A stretch of DNA of 30,061 nt from a virus, in IMG/VR virus record IMGVR_UViG_2675903378_000003, positions 1-30,061 of that record. One strand, given 5' to 3'. Made by a program: the position numbers and the translations under genes. Of this stretch, positions 1 to 9,161 are shown piece by piece; the stretch's first letter is position 1; each line of letters starts with the position of its first letter. The notes beneath the pieces are model-generated. The model was not told the DNA's origin and ran no database searches. It worked only from the letters and a program-made list of their open reading frames with translations.

Positions 1-1590
<1,590 letters not shown>

Positions 1591-1620
1591 GGCATTGTCC
1601 TGCGGGGCTTTGCGGGATGG

Positions 1621-2838
1621 TTACGCGCCTTCCTCTGCTTCCTGTACCAATTCCGTACCAGTTTTAACCCTGGTCGGTAGCTTCTCCAGCTCGCTCCAAT
1701 CCGAGGCGGAGTTCAGCCACTTGGCATAGGTCGATAGCAGCATCTGCACGCTGTGGCCTAGCTGCCCAGCGATAAACGCAGGGTTCATGCCGGCCATCAG
1801 GCACATGGTCGCGTATGTGTGGCGGGTGTCGTACTGCCGGCGCCTTCGGATGGATAGAGCATCCAGCGCGGCGTGGAAGTGCTTTATGGTAACACTTGGC
1901 TCCTTGATCCACAGCCCGCCCTTGCTCGGAGGGAACACGAAGGGGCTTACTGCGAATTCGGAGACGGAGGCGACGCGCTTCAGCCGAGCAATCCGCTTGG
2001 CCTCTGCCAGGGCATTCAGGGCGCGTTCGTTGAGCAGGACGTCGCGTTCGTGCTTGGTCTTTACTCGCTCTTCGATTCCGCGATCTATGACGATCCGGCA
2101 CACGTGGATGCGCCTGGCCTCTTCGTCTACCTCGTCCCATCTGAGGGCGAAAGCTTCCCCAGGCCGCAACCCTGTGAAGAACAGAAACTCGTACAGCGCG
2201 GCGTAGATCCTTGAGTACTTCCCAAGGGTCGCGTACAGGTGTTGGATGATGCGTTCTGCTTCGTCCCTGGTGAAAGGATCCACCAGCTTCTTCGAAACCC
2301 TCGGCTTCTCAAGAGGCGCCATCGGGTTCTTCTTGATCAGCCCGTCCTTCACAGCGGAATCTAGGATCGTCGATAGCTTGAACATCGCGTTCCGCTTCAC
2401 GCCTGGCGACGTCCACTCGATGCTGCTGATGATTCGGCGCAAGAGGGTAGGGGTGATCTGGTCAAGCCGGGCTACTGCAAGATGTGGCATCCAGTATTGG
2501 TTAAGGATGCTCTTGTAGTTCTTTCGGGTGCCAAGCACGATCTCTCGGCTGTCTAGCCAGAGTTGCGCATGCTCACCGAACAGAGGGATTTGGCTGCTGA
2601 CCGATTCCGCAATCGCAGACCCTGGGAAGAACTCTGCATACTTGGCTTCGTCCATGATGCCAAGCTTGATGGTCTGGACTACCTGATCTCTAAGACCGGA
2701 TGCAGTCTTAATCCCTTTTTGCGTCGCGGGATAGGGGAGTGTTTCGCACTTCCTTGTTCCGTTCCACATGAAGCGGATACGGATAGAGTTGCCGATGACT
2801 TCCACCCCGGTGGGCATACCCAAAGGCTTTCGAGCCAT
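1621..2838 (-). CDS. int: Phage tyrosine integrase with N-terminal DUF3596/arm-binding-like domain
   Basis: 405 aa; N-terminal GVEVIGNSIRIRFMWNGTRKCETL; catalytic motifs TGLRPGEAFALRWDEV, RRRQYDTRHTYAT, LGHSVQMLLSTYAKW. Confidence 0.95.
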   Translation of the reverse strand: MARKPLGMPTGVEVIGNSIRIRFMWNGTRKCETLPYPATQKGIKTASGLRDQVVQTIKLGIMDEAKYAEFFPGSAIAESVSSQIPLFGEHAQLWLDSREIVLGTRKNYKSILNQYWMPHLAVARLDQITPTLLRRIISSIEWTSPGVKRNAMFKLSTILDSAVKDGLIKKNPMAPLEKPRVSKKLVDPFTRDEAERIIQHLYATLGKYSRIYAALYEFLFFTGLRPGEAFALRWDEVDEEARRIHVCRIVIDRGIEERVKTKHERDVLLNERALNALAEAKRIARLKRVASVSEFAVSPFVFPPSKGGLWIKEPSVTIKHFHAALDALSIRRRRQYDTRHTYATMCLMAGMNPAFIAGQLGHSVQMLLSTYAKWLNSASDWSELEKLPTRVKTGTELVQEAEEGA

Positions 2839-3014
2839 TCGTCGTATCTCCGTCGACTGTAGATTATCTTCCCGTTTACCTTGTTCCAGACACCTTCCGG
2901 GATCTGCCGTTTTGATCTGCGGGTTTGCAGGGCGCGGTAGGTTATCCCAAGCAATGCCGCCATAACCTGCTCAGGCACCTTGTCTTCGTACTCGACCTTC
3001 TCTGCGGTACTCAT
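2679..3014 (-). CDS. xis: Excisionase-like protein
   Basis: MSTAEKVEYEDKVPEQVMAALLGITYRALQTRRSKRQIPEGVWNKVNGKIIYSRRRYDEWLESLW resembles phage excisionase/HTH proteins next to integrases; overlaps int by about 160 bp in another frame. Confidence 0.7.
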   Translation of the reverse strand: MSTAEKVEYEDKVPEQVMAALLGITYRALQTRRSKRQIPEGVWNKVNGKIIYSRRRYDEWLESLWVCPPGWKSSATLSVSASCGTEQGSAKHSPIPRRKKGLRLHPVLEIR

Positions 3015-3072
3015 AGGCAATACCTCTCCACCCCAGCTATTGCCGGGGAGGGCATGATGGTAGGATTGGTTG

Positions 3073-3116
3073 CCCAGCCGGGTTAGCTCAGGGAGAGCTA
3101 GTGGCGCCCGGCTGGG
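3073..3116. repeat. Perfect 10-bp inverted repeat enclosing a second perfect 6-bp inverted repeat, tRNA-like on the + strand
   Basis: CCCAGCCGGG (3073-3082) / CCCGGCTGGG (3107-3116); inner TAGCTC (3084-3089) / GAGCTA (3095-3100). Confidence 0.85.
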
Positions 3117-3551
3117 TTACTTGATGAGTTCGGCTGGGACGTTGATGGTTTCGCCCAGCTTCGCTCGAACGATGGCGCGGCAGGCTGCTATTAGGTGGGT
3201 TGGACCTGCCGATGTTGCATCAGCTGGCATATCGCAGCCGCAGGCTGTGAAGAATCGCAGCGGTTCGCCATGCCAGTCGCTACCGATCCACTCGAATTCA
3301 AAGCGGTGCTTTTCAATCAGTGGTCCGCCTTGAGCCCATGAGTCCGAAGGTTCGTATCGCTCGACTTCTTCAGTAATCGAGCGAGGTCCAAAGGTGCAGC
3401 CATATTTGCAGCAGTGGATGCCGCCTCTCACGTCATAACGGTACTGTCCAATGTCATGGACAATGACCTCTTCTCCTTCAGCCATTGCAACGGCCCAATC
3501 CAGCGCTGCCCCCTCAAGCTCGCAGGTCTTCACTTCTACGGTTTCGCTCAT
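3117..3551 (-). CDS. Phage protein, DUF2591-like
   Basis: MSETVEVKTCELEGAALDWAVAMAEG... resembles phage DUF2591 proteins; internal ATG (3549-3551) preceded by GGTGGGGA; ATGA overlap with next gene. Confidence 0.65.
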   Translation of the reverse strand: MSETVEVKTCELEGAALDWAVAMAEGEEVIVHDIGQYRYDVRGGIHCCKYGCTFGPRSITEEVERYEPSDSWAQGGPLIEKHRFEFEWIGSDWHGEPLRFFTACGCDMPADATSAGPTHLIAACRAIVRAKLGETINVPAELIK

Positions 3552-3907
3552 TCCCCACCTCCCATAGACTTGCCGATCTCTGCGGCGGCGCGGACTATTG
3601 CTCGCCGAGTTGCCGCATACGGGTTTTCTGTGAACACTTCCTGGCAAGGGTTCATCCCGTCACCATTTGATGGATCGGCGGCCACCTCCTGAAATCCGTT
3701 GTAGAACGTAATGTCCAGGCGAAGCTGCACCGCCAGAATAAACGCGTGGTGGCTTTCGATAAGTGGGTTCCAGGCCGTACACCCATCGACAATCCAAAGG
3801 CTGGCTTTTGCTGGATCGACTATGGAATCACGTTCGGCTTGACGCTGCTCATTGATCTGCATCCCCGCCGCCCGCGCCGCCAGTTCGAGTAGTGTGCGGT
3901 CGTTCAT
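3548..3907 (-). CDS. Phage protein, DUF2591-related
   Basis: 119 aa, YNGFQEVAADPSNGDGMNPCQEVFTENPYAATRRAIVRAAAEI; ATGA-coupled to neighbours. Confidence 0.6.
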   Translation of the reverse strand: MNDRTLLELAARAAGMQINEQRQAERDSIVDPAKASLWIVDGCTAWNPLIESHHAFILAVQLRLDITFYNGFQEVAADPSNGDGMNPCQEVFTENPYAATRRAIVRAAAEIGKSMGGGE

Positions 3908-4245
3908 TTCCCGGCCCCCTCCAAGGCTGTTCTGGCCTTTTCCAGCACTGCCTCCATAGATACGTCAGGCATGCCACGCCCTGCCTCAATGTATGCTTCA
4001 GCGCGCAGCACGAAGGCCTCAAGCACCGAACGGAGCATCTGATTTTCTTCCTGGCTTTTAACTGTCTCAATCGCCAGGTTGCGGAAGTCTCCGTATCTAA
4101 CCCACAAGCCGTTTGCGCCCATATAACTATACTCCTCCATTTCGGCATAGCGAACGTCTCGCCCCCATCCATCTTCCCCAACTGTTAATACTGGAGCGAA
4201 GGTCTTTGTGGAGTGCAAGATGTTCAGAAGCTTTGCGTCGTTCAT
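3904..4245 (-). CDS. Hypothetical phage protein
   Basis: MNDAKLLNILHSTKTFAPVLTVGEDGWGRDV...; start trimmed from the track ORF to ATG 4243-4245, ATGA-coupled to 4242. Confidence 0.6.
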   Translation of the reverse strand: MNDAKLLNILHSTKTFAPVLTVGEDGWGRDVRYAEMEEYSYMGANGLWVRYGDFRNLAIETVKSQEENQMLRSVLEAFVLRAEAYIEAGRGMPDVSMEAVLEKARTALEGAGK

Positions 4246-4847
4246 TGCGTTGCTCCTTCTAGGGCTGCGTCGATTGCAGCGTCTAGGTGCTCCAGGTTGA
4301 GTACGATGTTCTCCGGGGTCATCCCGGCGAATACGCCGCCTTGTCTGATCGTTTCGAGGTCTCGCTCTCGCAGCCACCGGTAGCGCGCGGCGTCCTTCGC
4401 CATGCGCCGAATCTGCTCTGGAATGCTGACATTGCCGCCGTCTGGAGGGTCCATGTAGTAAGTACCGGGCAGAACGCTTGCGCACTCCTTCAAGTCCTGC
4501 GCCAACCACTCGCAGTGTTTCTGCGTGTCCTTGTGGGCGCAGTTCTCCGCCTTGAGCCTGTCCCGCTCTTTCCTAGCATCATCGCGTGCTTGGCAGAGCG
4601 CCCTAAGTTCGGAGCTATCGCGGCCATGCTGAGCAAGCAAGCCGTCGATCTCGTCCAGCAGGGCGAGGATTGCTTTCGGCTCGACAGCTTCCCGAAACTT
4701 GGTTATGGCGAATACGTGTTCAAGGCTCGGCGTTCCATGCAAGGCATCAGCCCGCTTAGCCAGCCTCCGCAGCTCTGCGTGGTCGGTCATGATCTGGTCC
4801 GCCTGCTTCACGCTTTCCAGCAGTTCGTTGAAAAGTGGCTCATCCAT
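4242..4847 (-). CDS. Hypothetical phage protein with C-terminal YRWLR...LDAAIDAA module
   Basis: 201 aa; overlapping operon organisation; ends AARYRWLRERDLETIRQ...LDAAIDAALEGATQ. Confidence 0.6.
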   Translation of the reverse strand: MDEPLFNELLESVKQADQIMTDHAELRRLAKRADALHGTPSLEHVFAITKFREAVEPKAILALLDEIDGLLAQHGRDSSELRALCQARDDARKERDRLKAENCAHKDTQKHCEWLAQDLKECASVLPGTYYMDPPDGGNVSIPEQIRRMAKDAARYRWLRERDLETIRQGGVFAGMTPENIVLNLEHLDAAIDAALEGATQ

Positions 4848-5166
4848 TTTCCTTCACCTCGATTCCGGCTTGCTTGATGAAGGCAGCGCATGCGGCGATG
4901 GCCCCGTTCACCATGTGCGCAATACCAGCGGCCATGTCGATGCCTTCCTCGTCGATGTTGAAATGCTCAACAACCTCTTCGGCGGTGATCGTCGGCGGCA
5001 ACTCCACCCTCAGAGCCGCGCGGCTGGCTTTCCAGGCTTGATAAGCAAAGTCCACATCAACGTCGTCATAGTCAAAGTTAGGGTCATTGGATTTCCTAAG
5101 ATCGGCGTAACCGCCCATAGCGTTGGTAACCCACGCTTCAAACTCTTCTCTCATTGCTTGCTCCAT
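4840..5166 (-). CDS. Hypothetical phage protein (FEAW...WKASRAAL type)
   Basis: 108 aa; FEAWVTNAMGG...FAYQAWKASRAALRVELP; overlaps neighbours. Confidence 0.6.
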   Translation of the reverse strand: MEQAMREEFEAWVTNAMGGYADLRKSNDPNFDYDDVDVDFAYQAWKASRAALRVELPPTITAEEVVEHFNIDEEGIDMAAGIAHMVNGAIAACAAFIKQAGIEVKENG

Positions 5167-5300
5167 CTGCTCAACTCCTGTCCTTTCAACTCTGTCTGCT
5201 CGTAGAGGTTCTGGAAGTCCCCGACTATCCGGAAGATGCCGAAGACGATCAGCGCGATGACCAGAGCCCGGGTGATTAGGGTTTCGTTTTCGTTGTCCAC
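5151..5300 (-). CDS. Small predicted single-pass membrane protein (49 aa, GTG start)
   Basis: Manually translated: VDNENETLITRALVIALIVFGIFRIVGDFQNLYEQTELKGQELSRWSKQ*; GGAGG 8 nt upstream of GTG; 16-bp overlap with the downstream gene. Below the size cut-off of the supplied track. Confidence 0.6.
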   Translation of the reverse strand: MDNENETLITRALVIALIVFGIFRIVGDFQNLYEQTELKGQELSRWSKQ

Positions 5301-5347
5301 GGTTGGTCCTCCGGGGGTCGGATTCGTTGGTTTGGGGTGGCGGGCTC

Positions 5348-5446
5348 CTGGCCCAAAATCGGCCAGTTTTTGTGCTGAAACCCAGCGGGAATGCGGGTTT
5401 CAGCCTGGCCGAGGGTGGCGGTTGCGATGCCGGGATTCCGGCATCG
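5348..5446. repeat. Cluster of perfect inverted repeats
   Basis: CTGGCC 5348-5353 / GGCCAG 5361-5366 / CTGGCC 5405-5410; GCTGAAACCC 5374-5383 / GGGTTTCAGC 5395-5404; CGATGCCGG 5425-5433 / CCGGCATCG 5438-5446. Confidence 0.85.
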
Positions 5447-5462
5447 GAGGAGAATCAAAGGG

Positions 5463-5864
5463 TTAGGATTGGAGGAGGGTATCGAACTTCGCGAACAGCT
5501 CTGGCTCGCCATACTTCTTGGACAGGTATTCTCCCTTGTGCGCCGCACCGTCCTTCGCAGCCTCAAGAAGTTCCTCCAGCAACTCCCGCGGAACCACCAC
5601 ATGGCCTTCTTCTGAGCCGTTTCGGCGCTCTACATACTCCGTCAGAGCCTCGGCTAGCATGGCGCCAAACTCATCCTGAAGCTCTTCAGGATTCTCCATG
5701 TAGACGATACGGCCCCAACCCCGAACACGGAGAACCTGGTCCCCATCGACGTGATTGTCAGCCACCATGTTTTGCTTTGCGTCCCAGATGTAACCGCCGA
5801 AACTGTCGTAGGAGAACGGTGGTGTATAGAGCGCCAAGGCGCGCTTGCGAAGTTCTTCAGCCAT
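5463..5864 (-). CDS. Hypothetical phage protein
   Basis: MAEELRKRALALYTPPFSYDSFGGYIWDAKQNMVADN...; trimmed start ATG 5862-5864. Confidence 0.6.
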   Translation of the reverse strand: MAEELRKRALALYTPPFSYDSFGGYIWDAKQNMVADNHVDGDQVLRVRGWGRIVYMENPEELQDEFGAMLAEALTEYVERRNGSEEGHVVVPRELLEELLEAAKDGAAHKGEYLSKKYGEPELFAKFDTLLQS

Positions 5865-6600
5865 TGCCGTTCTCCTTGTCCTGGTTGAGCAGGGCGCGGA
5901 GTTCGCGGTTGGTCTTTGCCACCTGGTCGCGGCCGCAGTAGTGGAATCCGCCGTCGCACTCGCATTCGTGGAGTTCAAGCCAGTTTCCCAAGTGACGCAC
6001 GACTTCGCGCAACAGCCCCTCGCTGACCGTCTTGCCGTTGAGGCGCTTGACCTCTTCGACAACCCTCATGCCGAGGTTGGCCGCCCAGTTCGTAGTTCCG
6101 GTGACGTTGGTCTTCTCGTTCCACTGGTAACGCATGACGATATTCATGACGTTATCAACGCTGGGGAGCACAACCACCCTTGCGCGCAGTTCCGATAGTT
6201 CGCCGAGGCAGGCTTTCAAGTGCGCTTGCAACTGATAATTCGCTGCCTGCTCGTCGCAGAAGTTTTGTCGAGCAAGGTCTCGTTCGAGTTTGAGATCATC
6301 TCTCGCCATTCGCAGTGCTGCGACTTCGGTGCGTAGCGACACAATCAAGTCAGCCTGATCGTTGCGGTGCTGCTCAGCGCGTGCGACTTCCTCCCTGAGC
6401 GCCTGGGCCTCGGCGGCGAGGGCGTCGTAGAGTCCCTTGCCAACAAATTCTCCATCCCTGAACGCAGTTGTCAGTTCCGCCGCAACTCGGTCACAGGTCT
6501 TTTTGTGCCCCACATACAGATCGCGCGTGCCATTTCCGGCCCTGACGCAATAGGGCCAGAACCCTTTTCCTGTCTGCTCTACTCGGTATCTTTCACTCAT
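5857..6600 (-). CDS. Hypothetical phage protein with coiled coil
   Basis: 247 aa; heptad-like ALREEVARAEQHRNDQADLIVSLRTEVAALRMARDDLKLERDLA; overlaps both neighbours. Confidence 0.6.
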   Translation of the reverse strand: MSERYRVEQTGKGFWPYCVRAGNGTRDLYVGHKKTCDRVAAELTTAFRDGEFVGKGLYDALAAEAQALREEVARAEQHRNDQADLIVSLRTEVAALRMARDDLKLERDLARQNFCDEQAANYQLQAHLKACLGELSELRARVVVLPSVDNVMNIVMRYQWNEKTNVTGTTNWAANLGMRVVEEVKRLNGKTVSEGLLREVVRHLGNWLELHECECDGGFHYCGRDQVAKTNRELRALLNQDKENGNG

Positions 6601-6863
6601 GGCCGAATCTCCAATGAGCCCTTAAGCAGCCAGCGTGCGAGCCGTTCGCGCCAGTTCATGAATCGCGACTTGCCGCGAGCGTTTACCATCAGAAGACCGT
6701 CGGCTTTCTGATGGACCCGGACTGCATGGCTGTCGAGCATGTGAGAGGCTTCCAGCAAGACATGCTTGGCCTCTGCTTCGTGCCGGTTCCCGTTGTAGCT
6801 CAGGCACCGGGCGACTCCCTGGCACTTGCTTGCCAGCCTCGATTCGTAGTGTTCCTCACTCAT
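6597..6863 (-). CDS. Hypothetical phage protein
   Basis: 88 aa ORF, ATGA-coupled. Confidence 0.5.
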   Translation of the reverse strand: MSEEHYESRLASKCQGVARCLSYNGNRHEAEAKHVLLEASHMLDSHAVRVHQKADGLLMVNARGKSRFMNWRERLARWLLKGSLEIRP

Positions 6864-8130
6864 GACCTACCTCCTTGCCGGCCGCGGCCGCGCGGTCCAG
6901 GCGCTCTATCTCGGCCAGGATCAATGCGCCGGCCCGCATGTAGTTCGCACGCGCGTCGCGGGGCTTCCACCACTTCGCCGAGAACGGCCAGATAGCTGGA
7001 GCTTCGTCATTGGCTCCGCTGAGGATGTACGCCGCTGCGGCTCGCGGAAGCTCGGCGGCGCAATAGAGGTCGTCATGGTCCGGTGTCCAGCCCTCGGCGG
7101 TGATCTGCCGGCGTCGCTCGGCTTGAACGTCGAGCCATGCTTTCGGCATGCTGTGCTGAGCCTGGGTGAGCACGTCGGCGGATATGGCGCGCAAAAAGTT
7201 CTGAATTGCTCGCATATCTTCCTCGCTGGGTTCGTTACGCAGATACAGCACTACAGCTCTGGGATGTTCGGCATCGCGACCGATGCCAGATATTTCCGGC
7301 ACGCTGTGCTGAGCCTGGGCTACAGGGGCTGTGTAGAGCTTCGTGCCCGGCTGCATGTCTTGCAGGTCGCGATGGAAATCAAGGCTGTTCCAGTCTTCAC
7401 CCGGCACCTTCGCAACGGTCGCCACCGGCTCCTGCTTCTCCAGTTCCTGCAATCGCGCATCGGCGTCTCGCCAACGGTTTTCCCAGTAGCGTTCTGCTCC
7501 GCCTTGGCCGAGACGGACGCAGTGGGCTTCAAGCTCCGCGACCCTGGCCATGGCGGCGTCGCGCTGTTGCTCCACACGATTGAACATTTCTGCCCAACGG
7601 GCGACGCTGGCTGCATGCTGCGCGACAGTCATCAGTTCATCGTTTGCATTGAGCGGACCGCACTGGCCGAGGACGACAGGATTCGAATGCACGACGCGAG
7701 CCACCACCTCCGGCCGCTCCGCCTCTGCCTGCGCTGGGGAGGGTTGCGCCAGGGCGGCGCGGGCTTGCAACAACAGCGGATAGAGATGGCGCCATGCCTG
7801 GAAGGCGAACGTGCGTTCGTAGTCGCCTCCGCCGGCGCGGCAGTATTGACCTTCTTCTTCCCACCACTCGGCGAACACGCCAGCGAATACCTCATCAGGG
7901 ACGTGCGCGCCCTCTGCCTGCTCGGCCTGCACCGGGGAGGGTTCCAGGGCGGCGCGGGCTTTCCACCCCTCCCATGCATCATTGGTGAACTTGGCGTCCC
8001 AGTTCACAGCGATATGCGCCGGCATGCCGCAGTGCTTGCGCACGAAGAGTTCAAACGCCGCGCGCTCATCCCCGCCTGCCTGCTCTACCAGTGCCTTGTT
8101 CATCTCCATGCTCATTTCAAGCTCTCCCAC
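6856..8130 (-). CDS. Mosaic hypothetical phage protein (424 aa)
   Basis: Contains FTNDAWEGWKARAALEPSPVQAEQAEG, KLYTAPVAQAQHSVPE and a C-terminal AWLDVQAERRRQITAEGWTPDHDDLY...MRAGALILAEIERLDRAA domain common in phages. Confidence 0.7.
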   Translation of the reverse strand: MGELEMSMEMNKALVEQAGGDERAAFELFVRKHCGMPAHIAVNWDAKFTNDAWEGWKARAALEPSPVQAEQAEGAHVPDEVFAGVFAEWWEEEGQYCRAGGGDYERTFAFQAWRHLYPLLLQARAALAQPSPAQAEAERPEVVARVVHSNPVVLGQCGPLNANDELMTVAQHAASVARWAEMFNRVEQQRDAAMARVAELEAHCVRLGQGGAERYWENRWRDADARLQELEKQEPVATVAKVPGEDWNSLDFHRDLQDMQPGTKLYTAPVAQAQHSVPEISGIGRDAEHPRAVVLYLRNEPSEEDMRAIQNFLRAISADVLTQAQHSMPKAWLDVQAERRRQITAEGWTPDHDDLYCAAELPRAAAAYILSGANDEAPAIWPFSAKWWKPRDARANYMRAGALILAEIERLDRAAAAGKEVGHE

Positions 8131-8336
8131 ACCTCGGCATTGCCGAGCGCTTCGATTGATGTGTACGTGCTGTGCCCGCTAGCTTCTTGAAGCTCAACTG
8201 ATCCGCCGGCTTCGAGCACTGCGATGTATCTGCGATTAGTTGGCTTGTGCCGGAAGACCTTTCCGACGACGCACTGCGCGTTGATATGCCGGACTTGGTA
8301 GCTGTCGGCGAAACAGCCGTGTTCGTGCATGCTCAT
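8112..8336 (-). CDS. Small hypothetical phage protein
   Basis: MSMHEHGCFADSYQVRHINAQCVVGKVFRHKPTNRRYIAVLEAGGSVELQEASGHSTYTSIEALGNAEVWESLK; trimmed start. Confidence 0.5.
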   Translation of the reverse strand: MSMHEHGCFADSYQVRHINAQCVVGKVFRHKPTNRRYIAVLEAGGSVELQEASGHSTYTSIEALGNAEVWESLK

Positions 8337-8545
8337 GCTGCTACCCTCGGGGCTATGCCCATGTCTCTGTCGTGATGTCCTGCGAGCCAAAGTGACCGCT
8401 CATAGAGCATGTGCAGTCCGTAGGGGCAGGCCTGGAGACGTTCGCCGCGGTCGCGTGCGTCGACGCCCTCGCGGTATTCGTCTGCCGATTCGGGGAACTC
8501 AAGCCGCTTGCTTTGCATTTGCTGCTCGCCTCCGCGCGTTTTCAC
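8333..8545 (-). CDS. Ribosome modulation factor-like (Rmf/CrpP-fold) protein
   Basis: EYREGVDARDRGERLQACPYGLHMLYERSLWLAGHHDRDM fits the Rmf pattern Y..G..A...G....CPY......R..WL.G. Confidence 0.6.
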   Translation of the reverse strand: MKTRGGEQQMQSKRLEFPESADEYREGVDARDRGERLQACPYGLHMLYERSLWLAGHHDRDMGIAPRVAA

Positions 8546-9098
8546 AGGCCTTGCATTCGCTGCAATGGCCGTCCTTCTTGCTCGGGTTCGAGTAGTACTC
8601 AGATAGAGGTTTGAGCGTCTTGCACTTCGAGCATGGTTTCTCGCCGTTTATGAGCGTCGATTTCCCATGTCCGGATGCCCTCCACTTGTCGAACTCGGTG
8701 CGGGTGGAGAAATAGGTGCGAAGGAGACGCTGCACGGTGTGATCGCTTATCCCCATGGCAGGGCCGATCTCCCATCGACCGCAATCGAGGATCACTAGGT
8801 CTTCGAGCATCTGGCAGTATTCGATGTCCTTTGCCGTGCGCTTGGCCTGAACACGCTTCTGCTGCTCTCGCTCCATCCCGGTAGATGATCCGGTAATGCG
8901 GCTATTGAACGTGACCGGCTGATTTGAAGAGACGCCCGCAGGGATATTCGTGATGACTCCTCCCGCCGCCAGATACTCAGCAACGGCGTTTTGAATGTCA
9001 TCGTGAGTCAGCGCATGGGCAACCGGCTCTTGCACGCCGGACCACGCATCAGCGCCGATTCTCAGGTCGCTTAGAATCTCGGGAATGTCGGTTTCCAT
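8499..9098 (-). CDS. Phage protein with HTH-like segment and C-terminal four-cysteine zinc ribbon-like motif
   Basis: IGPAMGISDHTVQRLLRTYF and CSKCKTLKPLSEYYSNPSKKDGHCSECKAC. Confidence 0.55.
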   Translation of the reverse strand: METDIPEILSDLRIGADAWSGVQEPVAHALTHDDIQNAVAEYLAAGGVITNIPAGVSSNQPVTFNSRITGSSTGMEREQQKRVQAKRTAKDIEYCQMLEDLVILDCGRWEIGPAMGISDHTVQRLLRTYFSTRTEFDKWRASGHGKSTLINGEKPCSKCKTLKPLSEYYSNPSKKDGHCSECKACENARRRAANAKQAA

Positions 9099-9118
9099 GG
9101 CTTTCTCCGGGCAAAATA

Positions 9119-9140
9119 AAAGGCCCTCAATAGGGCCTTT
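9119..9140 (-). terminator. Intrinsic terminator, possibly bidirectional
   Basis: Perfect 9-bp stem AAAGGCCCT (9119-9127)/AGGGCCTTT (9132-9140), loop CAAT, T-rich flanks on both strands (TTTTATTTT on -). Confidence 0.75.
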
Positions 9141-9161
9141 AATTTCTCGTAACTTGTTGAT

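Noticed and set aside
5276-5941. ORFs 5276-5602 (-) and 5303-5941 (+) across the inverted-repeat block
   Set aside because: Translations are P/R/T-rich and cross strong palindromes; the 5' part of 5276-5602 overlaps the better-supported 5463-5864 gene. Kept as non-coding structured DNA.
6862-8190. 442-aa + strand ORF opposite the mosaic phage gene
   Set aside because: Antisense open frame from codon bias; the minus-strand frame contains recognisable phage domains and overlaps operon neighbours.
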